A stretch of DNA of 63,924 nt, the filler included, from Octopus bimaculoides (Eukaryota): NCBI RefSeq assembly GCF_001194135.2. It is 6 parts of 6 records of this genome, joined end to end, with 100 filler letters (N's around TTAATTAATTAA, not from the genome) between each part and the next. Parts side by side here need not be neighbours in the genome. Positions count along the whole stretch, not along the records: positions 1 to 16,253 come from NC_069009.1; positions 16,354 to 45,491 come from NC_068981.1; 4 more parts are not named here. One strand, 5' to 3'. Positions 11,551 to 22,992 of this stretch are shown here, in pieces; position 1 is the first letter of the stretch, and each line of letters begins with the position of its first letter. The position numbers and the translations under genes were made by a program. Below the pieces are notes generated by a model, which was not told the DNA's origin, made no database searches, and worked only from the letters and a program-made list of their open reading frames with translations.

Positions 11551-11774
11551 CATAGCCACTAATATTAACCACTATACTATACATTAGATGAATGTAGTCC
11601 TAGATACACTGTGTTTGGATATAAGATGAGATGGTCACAACAGGAGTGTGTTCGATTATAGGTCTGCTGGGGCTAAGACACAACTACAACCAGTCTGAAT
11701 AAAATATGAGATGGTCAAGTCCAGACCCGCGGCGAAATAACAACAACTACCATTTCTGCATAAAGATTACTTAC

Positions 11775-11849
11775 GTTATTAACATCAAATGTCAATCCAT
11801 GCGGACAGCGTTTCGGTCCAGACCAGAAGGGGGCTCCAGAACTGGTCAC
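11775..11849 (-). CDS. UBA1: UBA1 exon: [25 protein letters not shown]
   Basis: ttcttgtag / gtaagt, 75 nt, phase 0-0. Carries the [12 protein letters not shown] motif. Not in the ORF track. Confidence 0.96.
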
Positions 11850-14075
11850 CTACAAGAAAAATATGAAGGATTAAACATGTTAAAAGCACTGGTGATGGTG
11901 CCACATGAAAAGCAATGAGTACACTCTGTAAAGTGGTTGGCACTAGGGAGGGCATCATCATCATCATCATCGTTTAATGTCCGCTTTCCATGCTAGCATG
12001 GGTTGGAAGATTTGACTGAGGACTGGTGAAACCAGATGGCTACACCAGGCTTCAATCTGATTTAGCAGAGTTTCTACAGCTGGATGCCCTTCCTAACGCC
12101 AAGTCAGTCNNNNNNNNNNTTTAGCAGAGTTTCTACAGCTGGATGCCCTTCCTAACGCCAAGTCAGTCAGGCGGTACTGGCAACGGCCACGCTCAAAATG
12201 GTGTATTTTATGTGCCACCTGCACAGGAGCCAGTCCAGCGGCACTGGCAACGACCAAAATATAGAAACCATGCCAAATCAGACAACCGGAGCTTGGTTTG
12301 GTTCCTGGTCTCACCAGCTCCTGTCAAACAATCCAACCCATACCAGCATGGTGAAATGATGAAAATGAAACACAACAGCACCCTATCATTACTTTCCTCT
12401 TATCTGACTGGTTCAAACGCTAAAGGGTGACACCTCTGAGGGGTTATCAGGAAGATTTCAGACTGCACACACTGTATTTCTATGGTTCATTAGGATTGTG
12501 TGTACAACCAATAATCATTGGCAGTCAGCCTTTAACCCCTTTGCTTTCAGATTCCCTTTGCTTTCAGATTCCCCTCTGTTGAATAGAAAAGGGTAAAAAC
12601 CCCCTTCGGTAATGAATGACTTTGGGATTGTACCTAGGAAGTTACCCACCAAGGGACAAATCTGGGAGAGGTTGTTTATGGAACACCAGCAGTCGCCCAT
12701 GCATACTAATCTCTCCTCTCCATGCCATCTTATGTACATAGGGTAATGGGTAAGGACCTCCTTCAGGCATGAATAACCATGGGATTGCACCTAGGAAGTA
12801 GCCCTCCAAGGTACAAGTAGTCACCCATGCATACCAGTTTCCTCTCTCCACCCCATTATATATACATAGGGTAAAGGGTAGAGACCTTCAGTCATAGTAG
12901 ACCATGGGATTGTACCCAGGAAGTTACCCTCTAAGACACAAATCTGGAAAGGTTGTTTATGGAAGATGAGCAGTCACCCAAGCATACCAGCCTTGCCTTT
13001 CCACATCACCGATTTTATCGAAGGGAAAGACAAAGGCCAGTACAGCTTGGCACCAATGACATCGCATTCTACAGCTGAGTGAACTGCAACAACATGAAAT
13101 GAAGTGTCTTGCTCAAGAGCACAACACATAACCCAGTCCGGGAATCAAACCCACCTTATGATTGTGAACCCAATGCTCTAACTACTGAGTCATGCACCTT
13201 CACTGCTGAGAAGCCAGCAACATTAATACAGAATCCTTGATATTAGAAACAGCAGCCAAATTTCAATCAAATCATTTCTACAGCTGAGTTAACTGCAGCA
13301 ATGTGAAATAAGGTGCCTTGCTCAAGAACACAATAGAGTCCGGACCAGGAATCAAACTCACTACCTCATGATTGTGAGTCCGACGCTCTAACCCCTGATC
13401 CACGCGCCTTCAAATGTAATGTTTATTCATTCGCATTGCCTGGAATTAATCATACATTACCTCATAGCTTTAAGATTTCAATGATGTACTTAGTTACTTT
13501 TCGAATGACATTGTAGGGTAGGTTTAAGAGACTGGAACTAGTCAGTTTCAAGAAATAGAGTATTTGGGCCGGATATGGTCAGTTTAACTCTTCAGCATTC
13601 AGATTGATCCACCAAATGCAACGCATATTTATTCACATTGTTTTCAACTAATCATGCATTATCTTTTAGCTTTGAGATTTTGATAATGTGTAGTGGCAGA
13701 TACTGGTGTCATGTAACTGGCACCCATGCCAGTAGCACATAAAATCACCCATTACACTCTCAGAGTGGTTTGTGTAAGGACATCCAGCCATAGAAACCAT
13801 GCCAAATCAGACTGGAGTCTGGCGCAGCCCCTCAGCTTACCAGCTCTGGTCAAACCATCCAACTCATGCCAACATGGACAACAGACATTAAATAATGATG
13901 ATGGCTTAATTTTTAGAATGGCATTGTAGGGTAGTTGCCGAGAGGCTGGATCAGGCCAGTTTGAACATAAAACAGATGTTGGGCGGTTATGGTTAGTTTA
14001 AATGCTAAAGGGTTAATAAAGTTCAACACAACACAAACATAACAGAAAACAAGCAATGTGTGGTGGCATTCATAC

Positions 14076-14222
14076 CTGGTCAGCAGGGAAGTTGAAGAGT
14101 AGCTGTCTGATTTGGTTACTGTAGTTTTCCTGCCACATGGTTCGAGCCCAAACCACACAATCCTGGAAACTGTGTGGTTTCTCATTGATCAGTGCCCTCT
14201 TAACAGATTCTAAGGTTTCAAC
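14076..14222 (-). CDS. UBA1: UBA1 exon: VETLESVKRALINEKPHSFQDCVVWARTMWQENYSNQIRQLLFNFPADQ
   Basis: ttgttcag / gtatga, 147 nt, phase 0-0. SCCH domain (YSNxIRQLLxNFP motif). Confidence 0.96.
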
Positions 14223-15273
14223 CTGAACAAAAAGATACAGACATTTTACATATACATACACATATATACATATTCTTTTATTCTTTTATTCTTTAACTTG
14301 TTTCAGTCACTCAACTGCGGCCATGCTGGAGCACTGCCTTAAAGGATTCTTTAGTTAAGGAAATCAACCCCAGGTTTTATTCTTTGTAAGCCTAAAATTT
14401 ATTCTATTAGTCTTTTTTGCCAAATTGCTAAGTTACGGGATTAGATCGAATCCAGTACACAACTGGTACTTAATTTATCGACCCCGAAAGGATGAAAAGC
14501 TAAGTTGACCTCAGAGGAATTTGAACTCAGAACATAACGGCAGACGAAATACCGCTAAGCATTTCACCTGGCGTGCTAACGATTCTGCCAGCTCGCCACC
14601 TTTATATCTGCTCTATAGCAAGACACCTGTGCTTGTCCCTCTACCTGCCTCCACCTTTGTCCCTTGGGAGTTTGCTCTAGAATCCCATCACTATCTTCCT
14701 CTTATCTCTTTCAGCCAGGTATCTCCTCTATAGAAAAATACCTGTGCTTGTCTCTCAGCTTACTTTAGCCATTAAACACCTGGCATGCAGCCACCCTACT
14801 CCATCTTCCCCTCCTAAACACTTCCTCTTAGTAGTGGGAGCTTTCCCCCCACCCTTGCCTTTTCCTCTTTTATGTCTTGCAAATTGATCAATAACCTCAC
14901 TGGTTCGTGCTGGTGACATGAAATAAGCAACCAGTATACCTGGTAAAGTGGTTGGCATTAGGAAGGGAATCCAGCAATAGAAACCATGTCAAAGATGACA
15001 TTGGACCTCAACACAGACCTGTGGCTTGCCAGTTTCCGGTCACAATGTCTTACCCAAGGTAGCATGGTAAACAGATGTTTAATGATGATGATCAGGTCAA
15101 TGACACACATACACACTATATATATATATGTATATGATCCTCGGACTTGTCTCAGAGAGCAGAAACTCTGAAGATGATCTTACTCAGGCCTTGACAACCA
15201 GTCCAACCCACACAGATTTGGAAAGAAAAAAAAAATTTAAAAAATGAACACAAGGTCTGCATGTCCTACTTAC

Positions 15274-15387
15274 CGGCTGGTTACCACCTAACTTTAAGAT
15301 TCTCTCCATGAATTTAGGATCAGATATGTACTGAGCTGCATTCTCCATTGGTTGTTTGAAAAAACCCTCAAACTGGTCACGGGCCCA
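15274..15387 (-). CDS. UBA1: UBA1 exon (most 5' one found): [38 protein letters not shown]
   Basis: tttttag acceptor, gtaagt donor, 114 nt, phase 0-0. Matches the UBA1 segment WARDEFEGLFKQP just after the catalytic-Cys region. Confidence 0.95.
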
Positions 15388-16253
15388 CTAAAAAGCACAA
15401 AAACAGAAATCATGTATAAAGTCACTCAAGTTTCATCCATTTCCATCGTAAGTATATAATTCTTCTTTATCTTTAAACTGACACAATCAGATTCATAACA
15501 TAATTCTGTGGAAAGAATTTACTTTAGTAATTACATTAAGAGTGAATGAGACATTGAACCAAATGGCTTAAAATTTTCTGCTTGAAACTCAATACATTTT
15601 ACACACACAAACTGATTGACTGTTTCATGATGATAAGCTACAATATTGAAGGAAGATCAATCAGATTAAATAGTAGATAGATATATACCAATGTCCCCCC
15701 CTCCCCCTCCCACGAATTATCTATAATGGCTGGGGGATGATTTGAAGCTTTATCAAAGTACTGTGATTATTTTGTCAAATATGCTTATTTATTCACAACG
15801 TTTAGAATAAACCAAGCATTATCTTATAGCTTTGAGATGTCAATGATGTATTTATTTTAGAATGACACTGTAGCATAGGAGGCTGGATATGGCCAGTTCA
15901 TCCATTTAGTATTCAGATTACTGTCAAATGTAACATTTATTCACATTGTTTTGAATTAATTGTGCATTATCTCATAGCTTTGAGATTTTAATGATGTGAT
16001 TGTATATTTTTAGAATGGCATTATAGGGTAGATGTGAGAGGTAGAATCTGGTCAGTTTGGACATAAAAAAAGGTAGAAAATTTGGGGCCGGATACGACCG
16101 GTTTAAATGCTAATGGGTTAATTAATGTTCAAAACTCCAGCTGAATAATGACAGAGATAATTTAACCCTTTAGCGTTCAGATTAATTTGTCAAAAGTAAT
16201 TCTTATTTATTCACATTTAAAAAAAATTATCTGATATTATTTTGTAGCTTCAA

Positions 16254-16353
16254 NNNNNNNNNNNNNNNNNNNNNNNNNNNNNNNNNNNNNNNNNNNNTTA
16301 ATTAATTAANNNNNNNNNNNNNNNNNNNNNNNNNNNNNNNNNNNNNNNNNNNN
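16254..16353. other. Artificial scaffold spacer (44 N + TTAATTAATTAA + 44 N)
   Basis: Identical 100-bp structures at 45492-45591, 57206-57305, 60098-60197 and 62717-62816. The 12-mer is a palindrome with stops in all six frames. Confidence 0.97.
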
Positions 16354-16371
16354 TAAGAATGTTCCTGGTGT

Positions 16372-16712
16372 GAAGGTACATGACTCAGTGGTTAGAGCGT
16401 CGGGCTCACAATCATGAGGCAGTAAGTTTGATTCCCGGACTGGGCTGTCTGTTGTGTTCTTGAGCAAGACACTTTATTTCACGTTGCTCCAGTTCACTTA
16501 GCCTTGAAAATGACTTGCGACATCACTGATGCCAAGCTGTATCAGCTTTTGCCTTTCCCTTGGATAACATTGATGGCATGGAGAGGAGAGGCTGGTATGC
16601 ATGGGCGACTGCTTGTTTTCCATAAACAACCTTATCTGGACTTGTGCCTCAGAGGGTAACTTTCTAGGTGCAATCCTATGGTCATTCATAACAAGGGGAT
16701 CTTTACCCTTTT
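16372..16712 (+). mobile_element. tRNA-derived SINE, family C (Meta-like core)
   Basis: gaaggtacatgactcagtggttagagcg...tgtgttcttgagcaagacactttatttcacgttgctccag. Copies at 12590-13205, 13270-13410, 23900-24050, 40470-40765, 42480-42600 and 55110-55440. Confidence 0.85.
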
Positions 16713-17703
16713 ATATAAGAACATCCCTATACCTAAATAAGTTACTGTTGTGTGCTTAAAAAGTTCATTTCACAGCTGGGCAACTCTGTTCACTTGTTGT
16801 GTGCCACCTTGGGTATGAGTCTTCTGCCATAGCCTCAAGTGGTTAAAAGTCTATGAGTGCAATTTGGTAGATGGAAACTATGCAAAAGGTTTCTATGCAT
16901 GTGTGTGTATTATGGTGAAGCATATACACATTAGTGAGAAAGCACCCCCAAAAATGGTTCTTTAGAAATGTAGTCCTTTGAGGTATTTGTTCTACAGTGA
17001 GTTTGACACTACTTTTGTTACTCTTGCTCTCAGGAAAGCATTGAACCCCTGATTGGTCTGTTAGAAACTCATAATGAACAACACATTTGTTTACAAACTT
17101 CAATATAAAATGAAAAAAAAAAATTTTTTAATAAAAAAAAACAGGATATCAATATTGTATAACCTTGTTAAGGTCTGTACTTTATTATTAAATTCTGAAA
17201 ACAGGTATTCATATTGGTTTTAAATTTTGACACAAGGCCAGCAATTTTGAGGGTAGACTAAGTTGATTACATCAACCCCATTGCTCAACTGATGCTTAAT
17301 TTATCAACTCTGAAAAGATGAAAGGCAAAACTGATCTCAGTGGAATAAGAAAAATGGATATTCATATTAACGACAAATATATTAAATGATATTAGTATAT
17401 CACCCTATCACATCTCTCCGTACTAGACAAATATATTGTTCTACAGAAGATTGGCTCTATGCTGTCTACATAAGAAGTATATTGTAGTTAAACTTGCATA
17501 CTATTGTTTAATATCCGGCTGAAGTTAGAATGGAATGAGTTACATATCATTTATTTCATATATGACACACTTTGAATGTGCATGGACTAAGAAAGTAGCT
17601 ATTTTAAGACCATTAGCTTATACTCCATTATTAAGTCTATGCAGTTTTCTTGGTGAGTACTTTTAGCTGTCATCAGTGCAGCCTGTCTAGTTGTAAATGC
17701 TTT

Positions 17704-17800
17704 CTATGGTGTGTATTGCTCACCATTATAACCAGCAAACGGTCCATGTAATTCACCAGTTTCATTAGTTTGCAATGCTGAGTTCAAGCCCTCCCCTGGT
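17704..17800 (-). CDS. Candidate alternative terminal exon: PGEGLNSALQTNETGELHGPFAGYNGEQYTP*
   Basis: ttcttgtaacctcttcccag acceptor, phase 2, TAG at 17706-17704, followed by unique UTR-like sequence. Confidence 0.33.
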
Positions 17801-17892
17801 CTGGGAAGAGGTTACAAGAACTATTGAAAATCTTGTGGATGTTTCATCTGCAATATCATTAGGAATTGTTTATAATTTGGTGATCGTCTTAA

Positions 17893-18112
17893 CACTTTAG
17901 CATTTAATCTGGTCTTATCCAGTCCAAATATCTTATCTGTTTTATGTTCAAACTGGCCAGATCCAGTCTCTCACATATACCAGACAATGTCATTCTAAAA
18001 ATAAACAATCACATCATCAAAATCATGAAGCAATGAGGTAATGCAGGATAAATTCAAAAGATTCTGAATAAATAAGCATTACATTTGACAAAATAAACTG
18101 AATGCTAAAGGG
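17893..18112. mobile_element. piggyBac-type MITE (~220 bp family)
   Basis: TTAA|c(a/c)ctttagcatt...aatgctaaaggg|TTAA. Other copies at about 4897-5200, 13410-13587, 13588-14012 (RTE tail nested), 15770-16253, 22200-22372, 34020-34245 and 38771-38989. Confidence 0.8.
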
Positions 18113-19282
18113 TTAAGGTCATTTATATATATTTTCTTCACAGAAGGTGAATATTTCAGACATTTTTGTGTGTGCATATGTATTTTGTTGGTATGGTTGG
18201 GTTCTTTTTTGTTGCAGTGTGGGGCGGGGTTAAAAGTTGACTGAAGAAGCTGGTTAATAAGCTTGTCCTTCTGCAAGAACTTAGAAAAGAATCTTTATTG
18301 AAGAGCTGATCAGCTTTATACAATCTTTTCTACTCTGTGCACAAGGCCCGAAATTTTTGGGGAGGGGACCAGTCGATTAGATCGATCCCCAGTACTTGAT
18401 TTATCGACCCCAAAAGGATGAAAGGATGTTGACCTCTGCGGAATTTGAATTCAGAATGTAACGACAGATGAAATACTGCTAAGCATTCCGCCAGGTGTAC
18501 TAATGTTTTTGCCAGCTCGCTGCCTTAATAGCCTTGTACAATAGAACACTAAAGAACTGAGAGAACTTCTGAGGTTTTACTTGTTAGAAATAGTTGTCAA
18601 ATTTCAACTCCTGCTTTATAGTCCTAAATAAAAAGAAAAAAACTGAAGGCCGTGTAGTCTTAGATATACAAAATCACATGATAGTCATAATCTAATTTTT
18701 CCCAGCCACTGAACGAAACTTTTGTATTAAATTCAAAGCTTACTGCACAACAAATTTATATGCTGCTTATTTAGCACACATTTTTCAATATAAAGTGTTT
18801 TTGTGTTGAGTATTTTATTAAAATTTATAACATACTACAAACATAAGTCTGCACTGTTTTGACACATTTTCCTGATAATTAAAGAAATTCTTTTAACCTG
18901 TAGCACATTTAAAAAAACAAACAAACAAACAAACACAAATTGAATAATAAAAAGGCTTACTGTTCTGGATAGTGTAGATTAATAGGATTTAAACTTGTGT
19001 AAGTTTACACCGTGTGTTTCTAAATGGTCAAAAGGATTAATAACTATATTTAAGGCAGATACACACTAAATAAACAAAACTGTGCATGATGCCATTATTT
19101 TGGGAAAAGCTTATTCTTAGTTTTAGGAAAAGAAAGACATGCATGGGAGGGCTTTATCTTTGTGTTTGACCCATCACTACCACCACTTGACAACCAGTGT
19201 CTGTTTGTTTACATCCTCATAACTTGCTGGTTTGGCAAAAGAGACTGAAAGAATAAATACCAGTCTTTAACATAAGTTTTAG

Positions 19283-19594
19283 TGGAGGCACATGGCATAG
19301 TGGTTAGAGCAGTGGACTTGCAGTCGAGGGACCACGGGTTTGAATCTCAGACCGGGTGATGTTTGTGTGTGTGTGTTTATGAGCAAAACACCTAAAGCTC
19401 CATGCGGTTCCAGCAGAAGGTAATGGCGAACGTCTGCTGACTCTTTCACCACAACTTTTTCTCACTCTTTCCTCCTGCATCTAGTGGCTCACCTGTGACG
19501 GACCGGCGTCCCGTCCAGGTGGGGGACCTATATGCCAATGAAACTGGTCCTTATGAGTCAGGTATGGCTCAAGAAGGAACAAACAACTAACAAC
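19283..19594 (+). mobile_element. V-domain SINE inserted into a family A SINE tail
   Basis: tRNA head, V-like core cctgtgacggaccggcgtcccgtccagg, (CAA)n tail, TSD aacataagtttt at 19269-19280 and 19595-19606. Confidence 0.8.
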
Positions 19595-20175
19595 AACATA
19601 AGTTTTGGTGTCTAGTTGATCAAATAAATACCTGAATTCCAGTGCCCCAGCATGGTCACAGTCCAATGACTAAAACAAGAAAAGAGAAATGATTATAAAT
19701 ATAAGGTCCTTATATCAGGTCCCTCTGGATCAAAGTCCTGTTTATTTAGTTCTATCCTTGTTTTGCTTGTTACTATATCAGTAAATATACTACAAATTAC
19801 TTCATTATTATTTTCTCAGTGATTTCAATGTATTTCAGTAGAGTCAGATAGAATTATGGCTTGAATGGCTTTGAAAATTTCTTTCTGATAATGGAGAAGT
19901 CATGGGCATTTTTCCATGCAGTAAGGAAGTCAATTGTGAAGAGATCAGACAGTCTAGTCAAATGATCAACGAAATTAATAGTTGGACAATGTTGGATATA
20001 TTTTTATTCAATGTTTGCTTTGTTGATATTGACTGGTGCCAAGATAATTTCAGTTAATTTCATTTAACAGAGTTAAGGCATTTGTTTCATAGTAATAAAA
20101 ATTACTCATGAAAATAGGCAAGCATAGGACTTTTGCTGAACGTAGACCACCACTAGTTTCCTTGGCCTTGTTTAT

Positions 20176-21064
20176 TATTATTATTATTATCGTTATTATT
20201 ATTATTATTATTCAGTAGTTTTATTTTTGTAGCATGCTTTCACTTCACTACCGAGCGCAGCTCTGTGTGCCTTGGGTATGTGCTGTGGTTTGCTGTGATG
20301 CTCTTATGGTTATTGTATTGAAAGTGTTCTGCGTAGGATGTGTGCAGTGCCCAATAGTGCAATTTTCTGTATGTTATATATATTTGTAAGTCCTGGTGTT
20401 TTTGTTATGTATTTGTCTGAATATTTTTTTATCATACCTAAGGCGCCTAATATGATAGGAATTGATTCTGTTTTTACATTCCACATTTGAGTTACCTCTA
20501 TTTCCAGGTCTTTGTATTTTGAAAGTTTCTCCATTTCTTTTAGGGAAACGTTGTCATCTGCTGGTATTGATACATCAATTAGAAAGCATTTTTTTCCTTC
20601 ATGATCTCTGACAACTATATCTGGCCTATTGGCCTTAATTTCTCTATCTGTGTGTATTGGCATATCCCAGAGTATGGTTGCTTTCTCGTTTTCTGTGACC
20701 TTTTCTGGCGTGTGCCTATACCATCTTTTTTTTGTTGTTATTCCATAGTGTTGGCATAGCTTCCAGTGTATGTAGGTCCCAGCTCTGTTGTGTCTGTGAA
20801 TATATTCCTTCTTAGCCAGGACTGAGCAGCCAGAGATAATATGATTTATTGTTTCTTGTCCATCGCCACATATTCTGCAGTTACTTGTTATGTTTCTTTT
20901 CATTATATGTTTTTGGTAATTTCTAATGGGGAGGCTTTGGCCTTGAGCTGCAATTAAAAATCCTTCAGTCTCTGCTTTGAGTCCTGAGCTTCTCAACCAT
21001 TGCTGAGATTTTTCTCTGTCTATTTCTTTTGCATTTAGTCTAGCCCAGTATTTGCCAGTGTAGG
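20176..21064 (-). mobile_element. 5'-truncated Dong/R4-clade non-LTR retrotransposon (CCHC knuckle + RLE endonuclease)
   Basis: ORF 20310..20996 has CRICGDGQETINHIISGC, RH(N), RPDIVV and IDVSIP motifs. It ends in a (TAA)n tract, and cttgtttat is repeated at 20167-20175 and 21065-21073. Confidence 0.9.
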
Positions 21065-21099
21065 CTTGTTTATCAACGTTAAGCTATAATCATTTAGAT

Positions 21100-21343
21100 C
21101 AGTGGTTCTCAACCAGGGTTCATATGATCCCTGGGGTCCATATAAGATTTTGTTGGTATTAAATTTTATGTGCAATAAACTGGTTATACTTTTACAATAC
21201 ACAAAGTATTTTTACAATTTTCTATACAATTCCTAATAATGTTTAATTGTAAAACTATGATAATAGGATTTTTTAAACATTGAATGGCTATGAAAGTCCA
21301 TATGTGTAAAATGCGTATCAAAGAAAACAGTTGAGAACTGCTG
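21100..21343. mobile_element. hAT MITE
   Basis: TIRs cagtggttctcaac / gttgagaactgctg, 8-bp TSD atttagat / gtttagag. Confidence 0.8.
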
Positions 21344-22557
21344 GTTTAGAGTTAAGCTATCAGTAAAGGCTCATTTAAAAAGTGTAAAGTTGTGTCAGTA
21401 TTGAATTTCATGCAAAGGCAAGACTGTATACCAATCACATTACCATCATCTTATCCCTATGCTTCAGTCAAGAATCGCATGAGAAAGTTGTATGTGCTGC
21501 CCCTTATCTCTCTACCCCCTGACTTAACTAGTAAAGAAAAGTTTTATACAAGTGATTATAGGGTTGTATGGATATCTGATTTAAGGTTTGCAAATAAACC
21601 AGTGAGTAATGAAGATACTGCAGCCTTGTTTCATTTAAGGAGGAATTAGCTATTTACTATTTAAAGCCTGTACTTTTTTTTTTTTAATATTCTATGTGGT
21701 GTACACAGAGAGAGGGGGGGAGATAGAGTTTTCTGATACATTTAATTAGAATGCTTAATATATTTTTATTACATTTTAGGCCATGGGCGGTGGGGGATCA
21801 GACTTTGATTTTTAGCCTTTATAAAATAAGTACCAGTCAAATATTAGGGTTGATATAATTGCTCATTTTTCCTTCTCAATTTGTGGCTCTATGCGAATGT
21901 TTGGAAATCATTATTGTTATTATTTAGAAGAGAAGCTGGCAGAAAAGTGAGCACTTTAGACAAAATGCTTAGTGCTGTTTCTTCTGGCTTTTTGTATTCT
22001 GAGTTCAAATGCCTTTCAAGGTTGACTTTGCCTTTCATTATTTCAGGGTTGATAAAACAAGTACCAGTTAAGCACAGGGGTTGGTGTAATCAATCAGTCT
22101 CTCCCACAAAATTTTAGTCCCTGTATCTATAGCAGAAAAAAAATCATCATTATCATTAGGAAGGTAGTAAGTTGGCAGAATCTTCACCATGTCTAACACA
22201 ATGCTTAAACAGACCAGATCCAGCCTCTCATATCTACCCTACAGTGACATTCTAAAAATAAACAGCAACACCATTGAAATCTCGAAATTATGAGATAGAG
22301 CATAATTAATTCAAAACAATGTGAATATATAAGCAATACATTTGACACAGTAATGTAAATGCTGAAGGGTTAATAGACAAAGTAAAGCAAAACCGAGCAG
22401 GAAATGGTAGATTTGCCAGGTCTGCTTCACACTTGTTTCCAGGGTCAATAATTGGCTCCTATTCTGGCAAGTGACCTGCAGGCACTCGATTTGTTTTCAG
22501 AACCTTGTTGCTGCTTGTAACAGCATTCTGTCTGATAGTATTTGACTTGCAGCTAGT

Positions 22558-22672
22558 TTACATGTTCTCTTCCATCTTAACATTGTATAGTTCAGTAGAA
22601 ATGAAATTACCATATATTATACAAGCATTGTGCTGTAAAGAGTTAATAGACAACTTGTATGTATCATTAGAG
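22558..22672 (-). CDS. Candidate terminal exon: SNDTYKLSINSLQHNACIIYGNFISTELYNVKMEENM* (possible internal donor after 22611)
   Basis: ctctgttcag acceptor, open in phase 2 as the upstream exon requires, TAA at 22560-22558. Confidence 0.35.
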
Positions 22673-22924
22673 CTGAACAGAGTTCAGAATTATGCACATA
22701 AAAGACAAAAGAATGTAACATAAAAAAAACAAAAACAAAAAATACATTGCATTGTGGGTGTACATTTTTTTTGCATTGAGTGAACATTTTTTTGCATTGG
22801 TGGTCAAGTGGAGAATAAACATAAGACAGAAATTAAAAATGATTTACACATGTCCTTGCTCTAAGATTGCTCTAATATTGGTGATGTCAGTAATTTTATG
22901 TGTGAAATTGAGATAGATCAGAGA

Positions 22925-22992
22925 AGCTGAGGTTTGAACCTGAGATCTATCATATGTCAGGTTACCACATTGCTGATTACACTACAGAACAC
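22925..22992 (-). pseudogene. Highly degenerate tRNA-derived fragment (Asp-like)
   Basis: gttctgtagtgtaatcag...cctgacatatgatagatctcaGGTTCAAACC: A/B-box spacing is kept but the stems are broken. Confidence 0.3.

Noticed and set aside
6385-11720. Regularly spaced ~150-bp and SINE repeats as a CRISPR-like array
   Set aside because: The copies are diverged, dispersed and irregularly spaced, with no fixed-length spacers or cas genes.
12060-12170. Tandem duplication around a 10-N gap
   Set aside because: The two sides are identical overlapping contig ends, an assembly artefact.
15613-15665. C/D snoRNA candidate (ctgattga stem, ATGATGA)
   Set aside because: There is no CTGA D box before the closing stem, and it is antisense to the host gene.
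16298-16309. TTAATTAATTAA recurring five times as a possible biological motif
   Set aside because: It always sits at the centre of exactly 44+44 N and has stops in six frames, so it is a synthetic scaffolding linker.
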